Positions 10,575 through 22,255 of a stretch of DNA of 53,878 nucleotides are shown one piece after another. Made by a program: the position numbers and the translations under genes. The notes beneath the pieces are model-generated. The model was given only the letters and a program-made list of their open reading frames with translations, did not search any database and was not told the DNA's origin. Each line of letters starts with the position of its first letter. Position 1 is the first letter of the stretch. The stretch comes from Lama guanicoe (lineage: Eukaryota): assembly GCA_013239625.1 (NCBI GenBank), contig MU056050.1, positions 6,527,715 through 6,581,592 on the forward strand, given 5' to 3'.

Positions 10575-12562
10575 GTATGTACTCCTTGCCCGGCTCTGGC
10601 CTGGCTGTCTCAGCTCAGGCATCCCCCCAAAGCTTTCCCTTCCTGGGCTTGGATCCTTCTTCTCAGAAAAGAGGGGCTTGGATTGAATGTGCCTGAGTGT
10701 CCTTGCCATTTTCACATGTGGGAGTCCCTGCACTGTGGGCAACAGAGGCCAACATGGTGGTGCTGCCCACAGGTGCTACCCTGTGAGAATTAGGAAAAGA
10801 CTCTCCTTGTAAAATGCTTTTTAAGCCCGCACATTATTACACAGTCCAAACAGCCATGCTCAACTGCCCTGCCTGGCTGCACAAACACTGCACCCATATT
10901 CTCACACCCACTCATGCACACCATGGACATGGCCCGCGTGCCACCAGCACGATGCACAGTCCTCAGCCCCCTGTTCCCCCACTGCACGGTGAGATGACCA
11001 TGTCAAGGGGACTGGGGACAGGATCAGGCCTCCAAGAGCAGTAGGCAGGCGAGAGACACAACCTCAGGGGATGCCTGCAGCACAGTTGGGACAGGGCACA
11101 CCCATCAGCATGGGGATAGGTCTGTGCATAGATATCTGTGTATGTTCTTCTGACCACATGCATGACCACAGATAGGGTTATACAGAAGGACACTGTCTCC
11201 TGCTCCAGGACTCCACAATCTGTGCATCCACTTGTGTATGCTCACTGAAATTAGTACATACCCATGCAGTGAACGGCATTCCTTTAGATGGGTTACCCTT
11301 GTACAGTGCATAACCTGAACACCCAGACATGACAGCCATGCAGACTAGGCTAAGCCCATTCCTTTCAAATATAGGACCAATAATTCACCCGGGAGCTGAT
11401 CTGAAATGAGCTGGAAGATTTCCCCCTCTCATCTAGGGAGCAAGTGGAGTGTGGGAAGTTTAGACAGGAGGAAAGGAAGGGATGTGCTGAACTGATGAAA
11501 GAACAAGGAATAGTTTCCCATCCTCTATCCTGTGCTGAATGTGCTAATGACAAAGGCTCTTTGCTGGGCTCTGGGAGCCAGCCTGGCAGGCGCGCAGCCC
11601 AGCAGCCTTTGCAGTCTCCAGCGCGGCGCTGTGCGTGCTTGAGATGGCCGATGCACAAAGGGGAAGTGAATTTGTGGGGCGTTGCTGGATTGGGGCATGC
11701 TCGAGTGGGGTGAGGCCGGGGAAATGGTCACCTCACTTCCTCTTCTCTCCTTCTGAGGAAGTCGGCACGCCCTGTGACCTGCTCCCAAGGAAGAGTCCCT
11801 AGGGCCCTGGGACCATTACCCCATAACACCCCCTGGAGTGGCCACAGCGGCCAGCCTAGGGGAATGGCTGCAGGCGACTGTTTGGCTTCTGACTTCAGGT
11901 CACTGGGACTCTGAGCAAATCCCTGGGGCAGATCCGTGTTTACAGTGGACAGAACTGTGCAGAGTCAGTGCTTGCACCAGCCCTGGCCTCTCTGAGGCTC
12001 AGAGAGGGAGACGGCCTCATGGCTTCAGTTGCGTCATCTGTGAAATGGGGATAATAAGGTCAGGTCTGCCTCCCTTTCCAAGGAGCTGCAAAGTGTTCTG
12101 CAAACAGTCAATAAGTATATGAATGTGTGAGTGTTATGATCTCTCTGGATCTCAGTTTCCTCTTCTGTGAGAATGGGACGATCCCCTCCTGCTTCCCAGG
12201 AAGCCTGGAAGAGGCCTTGCTTCTAGAGCCAGGCTGGCCCAAGGAAACCCAGATTCACAAAACAGCCAAAATGGGTGGGGGTGAGGGTGGAGGATGTATG
12301 TGGGGAATCGGAATTATTAGACAACACGGTATTGTGATACCATGTGAACGTGATAGCTTTGCAGAGCCCCTTCCTGCTTAGACGCTGAGGATGGGAATTG
12401 CATGACAACAGCCATCTTGTTTCTGTCTGTCACCTCCCTCCCCGCCTCCTTCCCAGCCCTGCCCCTCAAACCCCCGTGGAAAGCACATGGGAAGCACATG
12501 GCCATGATCCCTACCCCAAGGTGCTCAGCAGAGCTGGACGTGTTGATTGTCCTTCTCCACAG

Positions 12563-12623
12563 GGATGGGACAACAGACATCACCAGAACAGTCCACTGGG
12601 GCACCCCCTCTGCTTTCCAAAAG
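12563..12623 (+). CDS. XPNPEP2: XPNPEP2 coding exon (~exon 15), second metal-ligand Asp
   Basis: cacag|GGATG...AAAAG|gtaagc; DGTTDITRTVHWGTPSAFQK. Confidence 0.95.
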
Positions 12624-13923
12624 GTAAGCATTGGACCCGATTTCCCTACCCACGCTCACCCAAGGGGCTCCCAAGCAATCACTCCACGAAGAGCCATTTG
12701 ATTGTATAGAGGCTGATACTGAGGCCCGGGGAGGTTAAGTAGTTTGCCCAAGGTCACACAGCAAGGTTGTGCCAGAAAACCTAGTGTCCCTGACTACTCC
12801 CCAGAGATATTTCAGGCCCCCAACAGGGCCTCAGCCCAAGCTTATCATTTCATGTCAGTAGATCAGTGAACAAATGTTTCTCTAGTGCTGTCTGTGGGCC
12901 TAGCCCTGTGCTCTGCAGAAAGGTGGAAGACAGGCATTCCATTCCAGGTGGAGAAAACTGATACCAGCCAAGTCTCAGAGGTGGAAGGGAAGAGGTGGAA
13001 GGTTTTCAGGAATCAGCAAAGGCTGATCCACTTGGGGCTGAGGTGGGGACATGGTCTGTGTGCACTAGGGGGCATCTGTCTGGGGTGGAGAGCAGGGGAC
13101 CCATTCATGCATTCAGCAAGCAGACCGTGGCTCAGACATTGTGCCAGAAAGAGAGAAAGAGAGAGAGAAAAAACAAACACTGGTCAAGACTTAAGGAGCT
13201 CACAGTTCAGCGGGTGGATCCACTGCCCCAGACTGTCGGGCAAAGGATGACAGGCCTCTGTGTGTGTGTGTGTGGTGAAGGGGGGTTCACCACATTGCCA
13301 CAGCGAGTGACCAGGAGAAGAGGCCACTGTCAGCCCACCTCCCTTCCCTCTTTCTACAAGGTAACATCCCCAAAAGAGCAAGGCCGACCTGCCGGATAAT
13401 CAGGCCTCATCCCAACCTTAAGAGAACTAATGTGCGATGGTGATAATGGCAGCAAAGGGCACTGAGCTCTATTTGAGCATTTAGTCTGTTGGGAGCATCT
13501 TACACGCATGAGTCTACCTACTCCTCCTCACCACCTTATGAGCTGGTACTGCGATTGCCCCATTACAGACGAGGACATGAGGCACAGAGCGGTTCAAGTC
13601 ACTTGCCCAATGTCTCAGTTTGTGAGTGGCCATGTCAGGATTCCAGCCCAGAGAGTTTACCTCCCAAACCCCTACTGTCACAGCCTCAACTCACCATCAC
13701 CTACAAGCATCTCTGTGGACCAGCCAAAGGGATCTGAGTGGACCAAGCCCCAGCTTCGGGCAGGTCCTCCTCAGCCTCCTCTGGCTGTCTTCCAGAGCCT
13801 GGGTGACCACACACGCGTACACGCCTCCCCCGCTTCATACCCCAGCCCAGGCCTGGGCCCACACACCTGTGTGTACACAGGCCGCACAGCTGGAAACTCC
13901 CGGCTTCCTCCTCTCCCCATCAG

Positions 13924-13993
13924 GAGGTGTATACCCGTGTGTTGATAGGAAATATCGATCTGTCCAGACTTGTCTTCCCAGCTGCTACATCAG
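13924..13993 (+). CDS. XPNPEP2: XPNPEP2 coding exon (~exon 16)
   Basis: atcag|GAGGT...ATCAG|gtgagt; EVYTRVLIGNIDLSRLVFPAATS. Confidence 0.95.
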
Positions 13994-14496
13994 GTGAGTT
14001 TCAAAAACCAGGCTGGACCCAGAGCCTTAGGCCCTGATGTCACTGCACCCAGACCCTGGGAGACCAGTGGGGCAAGGAATATATCATCATCCCATCCATT
14101 GTCTAGATAAAATCCAGCCCAGAGAAAGTGACTTGTCCAAGGTCACACAGAGGGTTAGTGGGAGAGCCAGGCCTTGAACCCAAGCCTCCTGTCTCCTAAT
14201 CTAACACAGCAGCTGGAGCCGGAGCTCAAGGGTGGGGGTGGTTAGTGTGGGCTGCAGCCATCATGGGAGGATTCCTGGAGGAAGCAGGTGTCTTGACAGA
14301 TGGGGAGAAATTGGAGTAGAATCCTCAATCTAGGTAATGGGTACAATGTAGAACAGACTGGAGATAGGGCATGGTTACCTGCCTCTCAGGGGCCCCTCTC
14401 CTCAAGCACCATCCTAGTGGCTAGTCTGAAAAAAGAGAGCAGGAAGGGGCAAAGTCTAGGGTCCAGCCAACTGACCAGAAGCCATCTTTGTTCCAG

Positions 14497-14601
14497 GGCG
14501 AATGGTGGAGGCCTTTGCCCGCAGAGCCTTGTGGGATGTTGGGCTCAATTATGGTCACGGGACAGGCCACGGCATTGGCAACTTCCTGTGCGTGCACGAG
14601 T
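14497..14601 (+). CDS. XPNPEP2: XPNPEP2 coding exon (~exon 17), HGTGH metal-ligand motif
   Basis: tccag|GGCGA...CGAGT|gtaggt; GRMVEAFARRALWDVGLNYGHGTGHGIGNFLCVHE. Confidence 0.95.
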
Positions 14602-14999
14602 GTAGGTATCTCTTCAACACTCACCTGAGTTCCCCCGCTTATGAAAGAGGTGGAGCGTTTCACAGGTATGAAAACGACCGAGACCCACAGAGGTGCGGAG
14701 ACCCACGCAAGGTTAACCAGCTGGTGGGGCACTGGTGCTCCACAGGGTAAGTGAGAAATACTGGCATTCAGGAGGGCCCCAGAGACAGGAGTGGCAGGTC
14801 AAGGCCCAGTGGCTGACCGGGAGATTCCAGAGAAATAAAAGCCAGAGCCAACCTGGTTTGTCCCAGCCCCAGGTAGACAATAGTGTGGGGGACAAACGCT
14901 GCTAAAGATCCCCAGTTACCCGTTCTTCCCTGGAGCTGGCTAGTTTCTAAGCCGCTGAGCGCAGGAGAGCTGACACCATGCCTGCATCTCCCTTTCCAG

Positions 15000-15059
15000 G
15001 GCCAGTGGGATTCCAGTTCAACAACATTGCCATGGCCAAGGGCATGTTCACTTCCATCG
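15000..15059 (+). CDS. XPNPEP2: XPNPEP2 coding exon (~exon 18)
   Basis: tccag|GGCCA...CATCG|gtaagg; WPVGFQFNNIAMAKGMFTSI. Confidence 0.95.
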
Positions 15060-15524
15060 GTAAGGTTCTCGGGCTCCTCCAGGACTGCAGTCTAGGGAAC
15101 GCCAGCCTTCAGGGAGCACGACCCTGCAGAGGCCCACCCCGGCTCCACCACTGCACTCCCTCACCTCCTCACTCCCAAGCCCCTTCATCCCATACCCTCA
15201 CTTTGCCTGTGGGATTTGGTTCTTAACTGTACATCCAAACTCCAGAGTCTCCAGTCAAGTGCTGAACAGGACAGTGGCACACAGGGATATGGAAGTGCCT
15301 CCAGGACCTAAGTGGGAGCTTGAATGTTCCCCGCTGGATTACATATGAGGCCTGGCAGGTTGACTCTGCATAGCTATTGAGCATCTGACAATTGGGGCAG
15401 GGGTCTGCCGAAGCCAACATCAGGGGGGCAGCCGGGCCCTCCAGTCACTCCTCAGTTGGTACAGGAAACCTGGGCTTGGGACCTCCCCCTGCTTAATGTC
15501 ACCAGCATCTCTTGTGTCTCCTAG

Positions 15525-15601
15525 AACCTGGTTACTATCAGGATGGAGAATTTGGGATCCGTATTGAAGATGTGGTACTTGTGGTAGAAGCACAGACCAA
15601 G
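15525..15601 (+). CDS. XPNPEP2: XPNPEP2 coding exon (~exon 19), two Glu metal ligands
   Basis: cctag|AACCT...CCAAG|gtaaag; [26 protein letters not shown]. Confidence 0.95.
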
Positions 15602-15929
15602 GTAAAGTGCCACTGAGATGGGCTGGAAGTGTGGGCAGTGTGGCACTGACTTTGGGCTGCTGGGGACAAGGAAGATCAAAGGGGAAATGTAATGTGTGGG
15701 CATGAATTTATTTGGGGTCTTTCTTAGCTCCAGAAAAATTCCATAAATCAATTTCTTAAAACTTTTTGCACATTAGAGTATTAGAATCATCTGGAGAGCT
15801 TTTTTTAAAAATGCCAATGCCCAGGTCCCACTCCAGACCAAATGAATCAGTACCCCTGCCCTAAATCACTGGTTCTCAATGCACATAATAATCACCAGGG
15901 GAGCTTGTTAAGATAAAGATTCTGTATAA

Positions 15930-17450
15930 CCGCAACCAACAAGATAAAATATCTACATACAAACTTAAAATGACTTACATGGATAAAATCTCTACTGAGG
16001 GAACATAAAGAAGATTTAAGTAAATGGTGTTCTCTGGAAATAAGCCTTGATATTATGAAGATGTCATTTCTCCCTAAATTAATCTATAAATTTGAGACAA
16101 CCTCAGTCTCAATGCTAACTGGATGCTTTTGTAACTTCACAAGATGATAGTAAAGTTTATTTGTCAAAATAAACATGCAAAGATAGCTAGGTAGCTAGGA
16201 TAATTCTAAAAAAGAAGAGCAATAAGGGAAACTAGCCCTTTCACATATTAGCACACACTATGAAGCTGCCATCACTAAGACAGTAAGACACCAGAGATGG
16301 GAGAGACAGATGGAACAGTGGAACAGAATAGTCCAGAAATAGACTCTCTGATTTCCATAAACAAGATGGGAATTTAGTTTACTATGAAGCTGATGCTTTA
16401 GATCAGTAAAGAAGAGAGAGATTGTTTAATAAATGGGCAGAGGGACAAATGGCTAATTATTTGGATGGGGGGAATTAAACTTAAGAACCTCACTGTCACT
16501 AAAATTCCAAATGGATTGAGGTTTAAAGGTGAAACCACGAAAGAGCTAGAAGAAAACCTATATGACTTCATTTATAATCCCAAGGTGGAAAAGGGCCTTT
16601 CTATGTAAGACCCAGAAGTCATGAGGAGAAAGATTGATAACTGACTCAATAACTAAAAAAAATATCTATACGGAAACAATACCATAAGCAAAGTAAAAAA
16701 ATGTATGGCAAGTAGAGCACGTATGTCAGAGAAGGGGTGAATTTCCAGCTTTTCTCCTAAGTTTTTAAAAATCAATAAGGCAAAAGAAGGGAAAATTTTT
16801 GAAATGGGGAAGACATAAAGAGGCAATTCACTGAGATCAACACCAATGGTCCATAAATGTGAAAAGATGCTCAGTGATACCCAGTGCTGGTGATATTTTG
16901 ATGATACTCAGTGTTGGTGAGCTTGTGGGGAAACGGACACTCTCACACATTGCTGGGGGATGTACAAATTGGTACAACCTTTCGGGAGGGCAGTGTGATA
17001 ATATCTATCAAAATACATATTAAAAATGCCTATACCTTTTGTCTCAGCATTCCCACTGCCAGATATATAACTTCTGGATATAGTCCCCAAAGGTCACCTC
17101 ATCTAAAGATGTTTATATGATGATGTTGATTGTAGCATCATGGTAACAATTTAAAAAGTGGAAACAGCCTAACTATCCATCATTGTTTAAATAATTATCT
17201 GCATATTATGGACCCTTAAAAAGAATGAGGTGTACCTCTCTGTGCTAATATAGAGCACTCTCCTAGGTTTACTATGGTGGGGGGTGGCGGGGGAGAAGGT
17301 GCAGTAAAGTGTACAGGAGGATCCATTTTGCATGAATTTTTAAAATATATACATATATACTGTATATGCCAAATATGTTTTCAGGAAGGAAAGCAGGCAG
17401 AGAGGAGACTTTCCATTTCTGTTGGGTATCTTTTCGTAGTTCAGACTTTC
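15930..17450 (+). mobile_element. Degraded ancient L1 (ORF2 end plus 3' UTR) in XPNPEP2 intron 19
   Basis: A-rich with L1 motifs (ctccctaaattaatctataaatt, ggaacagaatagtccagaaatagac, ctcacacattgctgggggatgtacaaattggtacaacct); no long ORF; MER5-like pieces flank it at ~15870-15920 and ~17650-17770. Confidence 0.75.
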
Positions 17451-17991
17451 TAAGTACACACTTGCAAGAGCTCTCTGGGAGATGGGAATTGGGGGCTATT
17501 TTTTTCTTCTTTATACTCAGCTCCATAGATAACATCAATGGATAGATACACAGCTAGAGATGTGGATAGATAGACAGAGATAGAGATAGGTAAATGGAGA
17601 TGGAAATTAGATAGAAAGATATAAAAACCTAATACCTTAAAATTATTTAAATGTAAGTTCCCAGTCCTGCTCTAAAGAGTCTCACTCCAGTGGCCTGGGG
17701 GACAGACCCCGGAATCTACACATTTAACAAGCTTCCTAGGTGATGTGGATGCACACACTTTGAGAAATGCAAGCCTTAAACTTCAGAAATCAAGAGGGAA
17801 GCACCAAAGGCGGGTGGCTAAATGGTAGACGGGGGATGGGGGTGGCTGAGGGCAGTGCGTGGGGCTCAGGCTTGACAAAGGCCAGTTCCCTGTGCCCAGG
17901 GCTTCTGGGTAGAGGGTTCCCTCCCTCTCTTCAGCCTAGCTCCTCCCCCTTGCTCACTCCCTGCTTTCCTGCCTTACCTGTGGCCCCCCAG

Positions 17992-18081
17992 TACCCAGGG
18001 ACCTACCTGACCTTTGAAGTGGTGTCCTTGGTGCCCTATGACCGGAACCTCATCGATGTCAGCCTGCTGTCCCCCGAGCAG
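17992..18081 (+). CDS. XPNPEP2: XPNPEP2 coding exon (~exon 20)
   Basis: cccag|TACCC...AGCAG|gtgagc; YPGTYLTFEVVSLVPYDRNLIDVSLLSPEQ. Confidence 0.95.
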
Positions 18082-18663
18082 GTGAGCCACTGAGTGCCTT
18101 CTCCCTGGCCCGGGGCCTCTCTCGCCTCTTCTCCCCCTACCCCAATACCTTGACCCTTCCCCTCCCTCAGAAGGGTCCACACCGGTGACACCTATAGGCA
18201 CACACTGGGGCATCCCTCCCCTGCTCACCTGACCCCAGAGCTTCTAGAACTCTCCGGTCAGACCAGCCTGTCAAACCCCAGGTAGTGAACTCCTGGGGCA
18301 TCTGAGACTTGGTCTCTGGACTGTCACCTCATGTCCTGAAACGAAAAGCAGTCCCTTCCTCTCTCTGGGCCTCAGTCCATTCTTCTGTGAAATGGGGATA
18401 ATAATGCCTGCCCTACTCACTCTCATTCCTGGGCCTGAAATCCACTCCCACGCCCCACCCATCCCATGTACATCACTGCGACGTTAAACGGCCACCGTGG
18501 AGAAGTGCCTCTGAAGACCCCAGAGAATGCCTGTGGCCTGATGACAGCTGGGGACCTATGGGGACCAGTGGGGACCTGGGCCCTGGGGGCACTGGATGGC
18601 ACCAGGTCCTCACCTCTTGGCAGCTCAGCCTGGGGAGGCCCTCACCTCTCCCACCCTTTGCAG

Positions 18664-18858
18664 CTCCAGTACCTGAACCGCTACTACCAGACCATCCGTG
18701 AGAAGGTGGTCCCAGAGCTGCAGCGGCGCCAGCTGCCAGAGGAACTCTCCTGGCTGCAGCGACACACGGAGCCCCTGTCCGCCAGGGCTGCACCCGCCGC
18801 CTCCTGGGCCCCTCTGATGACAGTCTCCACTCTCGCCATCCTTGGCTGGAGTGTCTAG
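18664..18858 (+). CDS. XPNPEP2: XPNPEP2 last coding exon (~exon 21) with GPI-anchor signal and stop
   Basis: tgcag|CTCCA...GTCTAG; LQYLNRYYQTIREKVVPELQRRQLPEELSWLQRHTEPLSARAAPAASWAPLMTVSTLAILGWSV*. Confidence 0.95.
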   Translation, partial: LQYLNRYYQTIREKVVPELQRRQLPEELSWLQRHTEPLSARAAPAASWAPLMTVSTLAILGWSV

Positions 18859-21800
18859 CGCCTCGAGACTACCCTCCTGACCCTCTGGCGCAGCTCCCCT
18901 CACCCCATACCACCCCCGCCTCAAGAGCCCCTGCTGATCCATTGCCTGGAAACCACTGCCCTCAGCCTCCTCCTCCAGGACCAAGCCCCTGGGGTGTGGG
19001 GCTTCTTGGTCCCAGGCAGGACCCTGCTCTGGGCTTAGACATTTCACCCTCAGCTCCCAACTCCCAGCCCCGGGACAGGAGAGTCAGCTAGTCCCTTTCC
19101 TCCTGTGAGCCCAGTAGATCGAACCTATGAGCTGGCAGAGCCTGTTGCTCCCCTCACCTAAAAAAAGACCAAGGCAGGGCAGTGCCCTCCCCGCCAGGGG
19201 CTCCATGCCCTGAGAGAGCCCCAAGCTACCACCACCTGCTGGATATAGCCAGACCCACGCTGGCTCCTGACTTTCTGGTCTTCCTGCACCCTGGAGGCCG
19301 CCTCTGGCCACCCCCACTTGTCCTTGGCCCTACAGTGGCCTCTGGGCTGCAGCCCACAGGCTGAAGGAACAAGGGCTGCCTCCAGGCTCCCTGCTGTGCC
19401 TGTAGAGGGAGAGGAAGGGCAGGTGGCTGAGTCCTCTGGCTGTGTTACCGCCACCCCAGGGTCAGGGAGATCAGCCAGGGAAGGGGCATGTAAACCAGCC
19501 CCAGGGACATCCACATGTGAGCCCATCGCTCCTAAACCTTGGGGGGCTCCATGCCGATTGACAGCACAGGGAGCTAAGCCATAGGAATTTGGCCACGGGA
19601 TAGGGAACCACTCTGGAATATGGCCCTACCCAAAATTGGGAACAGACTGATAGCTGTGTCCAATCACTATCCCAGACTTCCTGGCACGTGGGTACCTTTG
19701 AACTTTCCACAGTGAGCCACGGTGACAATGCTGTTGACTCCTCCAGCATCCTTGGATGACCTTTAACATGTGTAGGCAGAATCTGGTTTCCCCATTTTAC
19801 AGATAGAAGAACTGAACTCCAGAAGGAGTGGAACCTGCCCGAGGACACGCTGTTTGGTTAGGACATGTTGGGGCCAGAATGGGTCAGCAGTCCAACTCTT
19901 TTACCCTTTGGCACCACGCAGAATCCCTTAGCCTACCTCTCAGCCCCTTCCAAGTTCACTGAGCCAGCTGCCGGGGGCAGGGGGAGGGTGGGGAAGAGTT
20001 TTCTCTGGCTAGCCCAGCGGTTAGCCACCTGGGCTCACATCCTGCTAAATGCTTGAAACAGCCTGGCAACAAAGCGTGCCTCTGGGTTTTGCATCGTCTG
20101 CTGTGCTGCCGGGGACTGCTGTAGCCTGTGGCTTTTGTGGTGATCAGAAGCTGGGTTGGGGAGCACATGTGCTTGAGAATGTGCATGTGAGCATGCGTGC
20201 GTGTACGTGTATTCGTGTGCATGCCACGCCCAGCCAACCACCTCCTGTGCTAAAGGTCGTGTAGCCTTGTGGACGGTACAGAAGGGAGCCCCTTGCTGGG
20301 GGCTTGTCAAAGGTGATCCCAGAAAGCACCAGAGGAGCACAGTCAGGGCAGAAGAGAACCAAGTCTCTGGGGCAGAGTACTGGGCAAAGACATCAGGCAG
20401 AGGAGTCCCCTAGGCGGTGACAGGTGAGGGTGACCTGTGACAGTTATCACTGCTGATGCTTGCACCCAAAGGCCCCAGTTCTGAGTCATGCTGAGAGCCT
20501 GTAGCACCCAACGATGGGCCTCCCTTTGCTGAGTCATTTGCTCCCTCACAAGCTCACCCCATAAAGACAGACACTAATAATACAATTAGTCGTCATTGCC
20601 ACCGTCGTCATCATCATCATCATAGTCACCATTCAGTGAGTGTTTAGTATGTACTAGGTACTGTGCTTTACATGCATTCTCTTAAAAATTTTTAATTTTA
20701 TTGCAGTAAGAACATTGAACATGAGATCTACCCTCCTAAAATTTTAAGTGGACAGTAAGTACATTGTTGCATTTTCCCATTTCATCCCCACAACATCTGA
20801 GAAGATACTTCTATTGTTCCCGTTTTACAAGTCAGGAATGAAGCGAGGCTCATAGAGATTAACCAGCTTGCTCAAGGTCACTCGTCAAGGAAAGGAAAAA
20901 AAGCAGGGTTCATACCAGGCAAATGACTTCAGGATCCACTCTCTCAAAAAAGGCAAGGGGCCTGGCTCTCGCCATTTTACAGATGAGAAAACAGGCTGAA
21001 CCAGGATCACAGGGCTGACTTAGAGAGCTGTGTTCTCCACACCAGCCTGCTTCCCCAGGGCCTGCCTGCCCAGGCCTTTACCTTTGACCCCTGACACTTG
21101 CTCCTGGGGTTCCCTAGGCAGCAGGAGAGCCTGGGTACCTGGCCAAGACCCACTCGCCAGTCTCAGCGCAGGGCAGCTCAAACGCCCCCACATTTTTGCT
21201 TTTAGTGCAAGACCCAGGGCTGCACCTCCTCTCCTCCCCACAATTTAGCTGCCTCTTCCAATCCACCATTTTGGGACTGAGAACCCTGGCTCCAGAATCA
21301 GGGCTGCAAAGGGGGCCGCAGCCACCCCAGCGCCTCCCTTCCTGGGCCTCAGAACACACTAAGCATCCTGCTTGAAGGGCTTCCCCACCCCCACCCTAAC
21401 CCCCACCCCCATCAGGCAGGGAAGTGTTCAGGGCACACACAGCAGGGCTACTAACACATGCAGAGCACTTGAGGCACCATTAGGAATCCAAGATACATAA
21501 ATGCCCCCTTGGGCTCTGGTCCTTTGTTTTTATGCTGGAGAAGAGCACTTATTAAACCCCTCCTTGCCTGCTGATTGCCATTGTGGAGCAGGTCAACTTC
21601 CTTTTCCTAGGAGTTAGGATTCTAGAGTTCTAATCCCAGCTGTGGCAGCTGTGTGGCCTTGGTCAGGTTACCACCCCGTTCTGGTCTTCTGTTATCCCTT
21701 CTGCAAACTACCTGTACCATCTTCCTCATGAGGTTCTGGTGAGAGGCCCGGATGTGTCAGAGCTCTGTAAGCCAGGAAGCCACACAGACAAGAGATGAAA

Positions 21801-22103
21801 ATGCTGCTATCTACCGAGCGTGAGTTCAACTCTTGCCTCACCATTGGAGGGAAGTAAGGAAAAGGTTTGGGACACAAATTTTACATATAAATTGTAAAAA
21901 CTAGATGGGCTTTTGAGCAGGAATCTAATTTGTGTTTTCCCAGCTCTGCTCCCCGGATCCTGAGGTTCCAAAGAAATGCCACAAGGCAAAGCAGAGCCCT
22001 AGTACACCTGAAACTGACACAACACTGTCAATCAACTAGTCTTCAATTTGGAAAAAAAAAGCAGGCAGATGGGCTTCCTGTAAAATTGTATCGGAAGTAA
22101 TTG

Positions 22104-22255
22104 CAGGGCCACCTTCTTGGTGATTGACCTGTGCCATTGTGCAAGGCCTCGTGCTTAAAAGGGCCCACTCTGTAGGTAATGTTCTGATGTCACTGTCCTG
22201 AAATCCTTAAGAATTTTTTTAACAAGGGGCCCCACAAATTCCGTAGCAAGTCCTG
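22104..22255. mobile_element. MER91-like hAT DNA transposon relic
   Basis: cagggcc...aagggccc...tgaaatccttaagaatttttttaacaaggggccccacaaatt...cctg; CAGG/CCTG ends. Confidence 0.5.

Larger units (their letters stand above)
92..18858 (+). other. XPNPEP2: XPNPEP2 gene body (5'-partial; coding exons ~5-21), GPI-anchored X-prolyl aminopeptidase 2, M24B metallopeptidase
   Basis: 17 GT-AG exons totalling 1727 nt splice into one open frame ending at TAG 18856-18858. Translation has WTDSRYWTQAERQMD, DSGGQYWDGTTD, HGTGHGIG, EPGYY, GIRIED and a hydrophobic C-terminal GPI signal. Confidence 0.97.

Noticed and set aside
92..18858. XPNPEP2 pseudogenisation
   Set aside because: All visible exons are in frame, metal ligands and GPI signal are intact, and the N gap is intronic.
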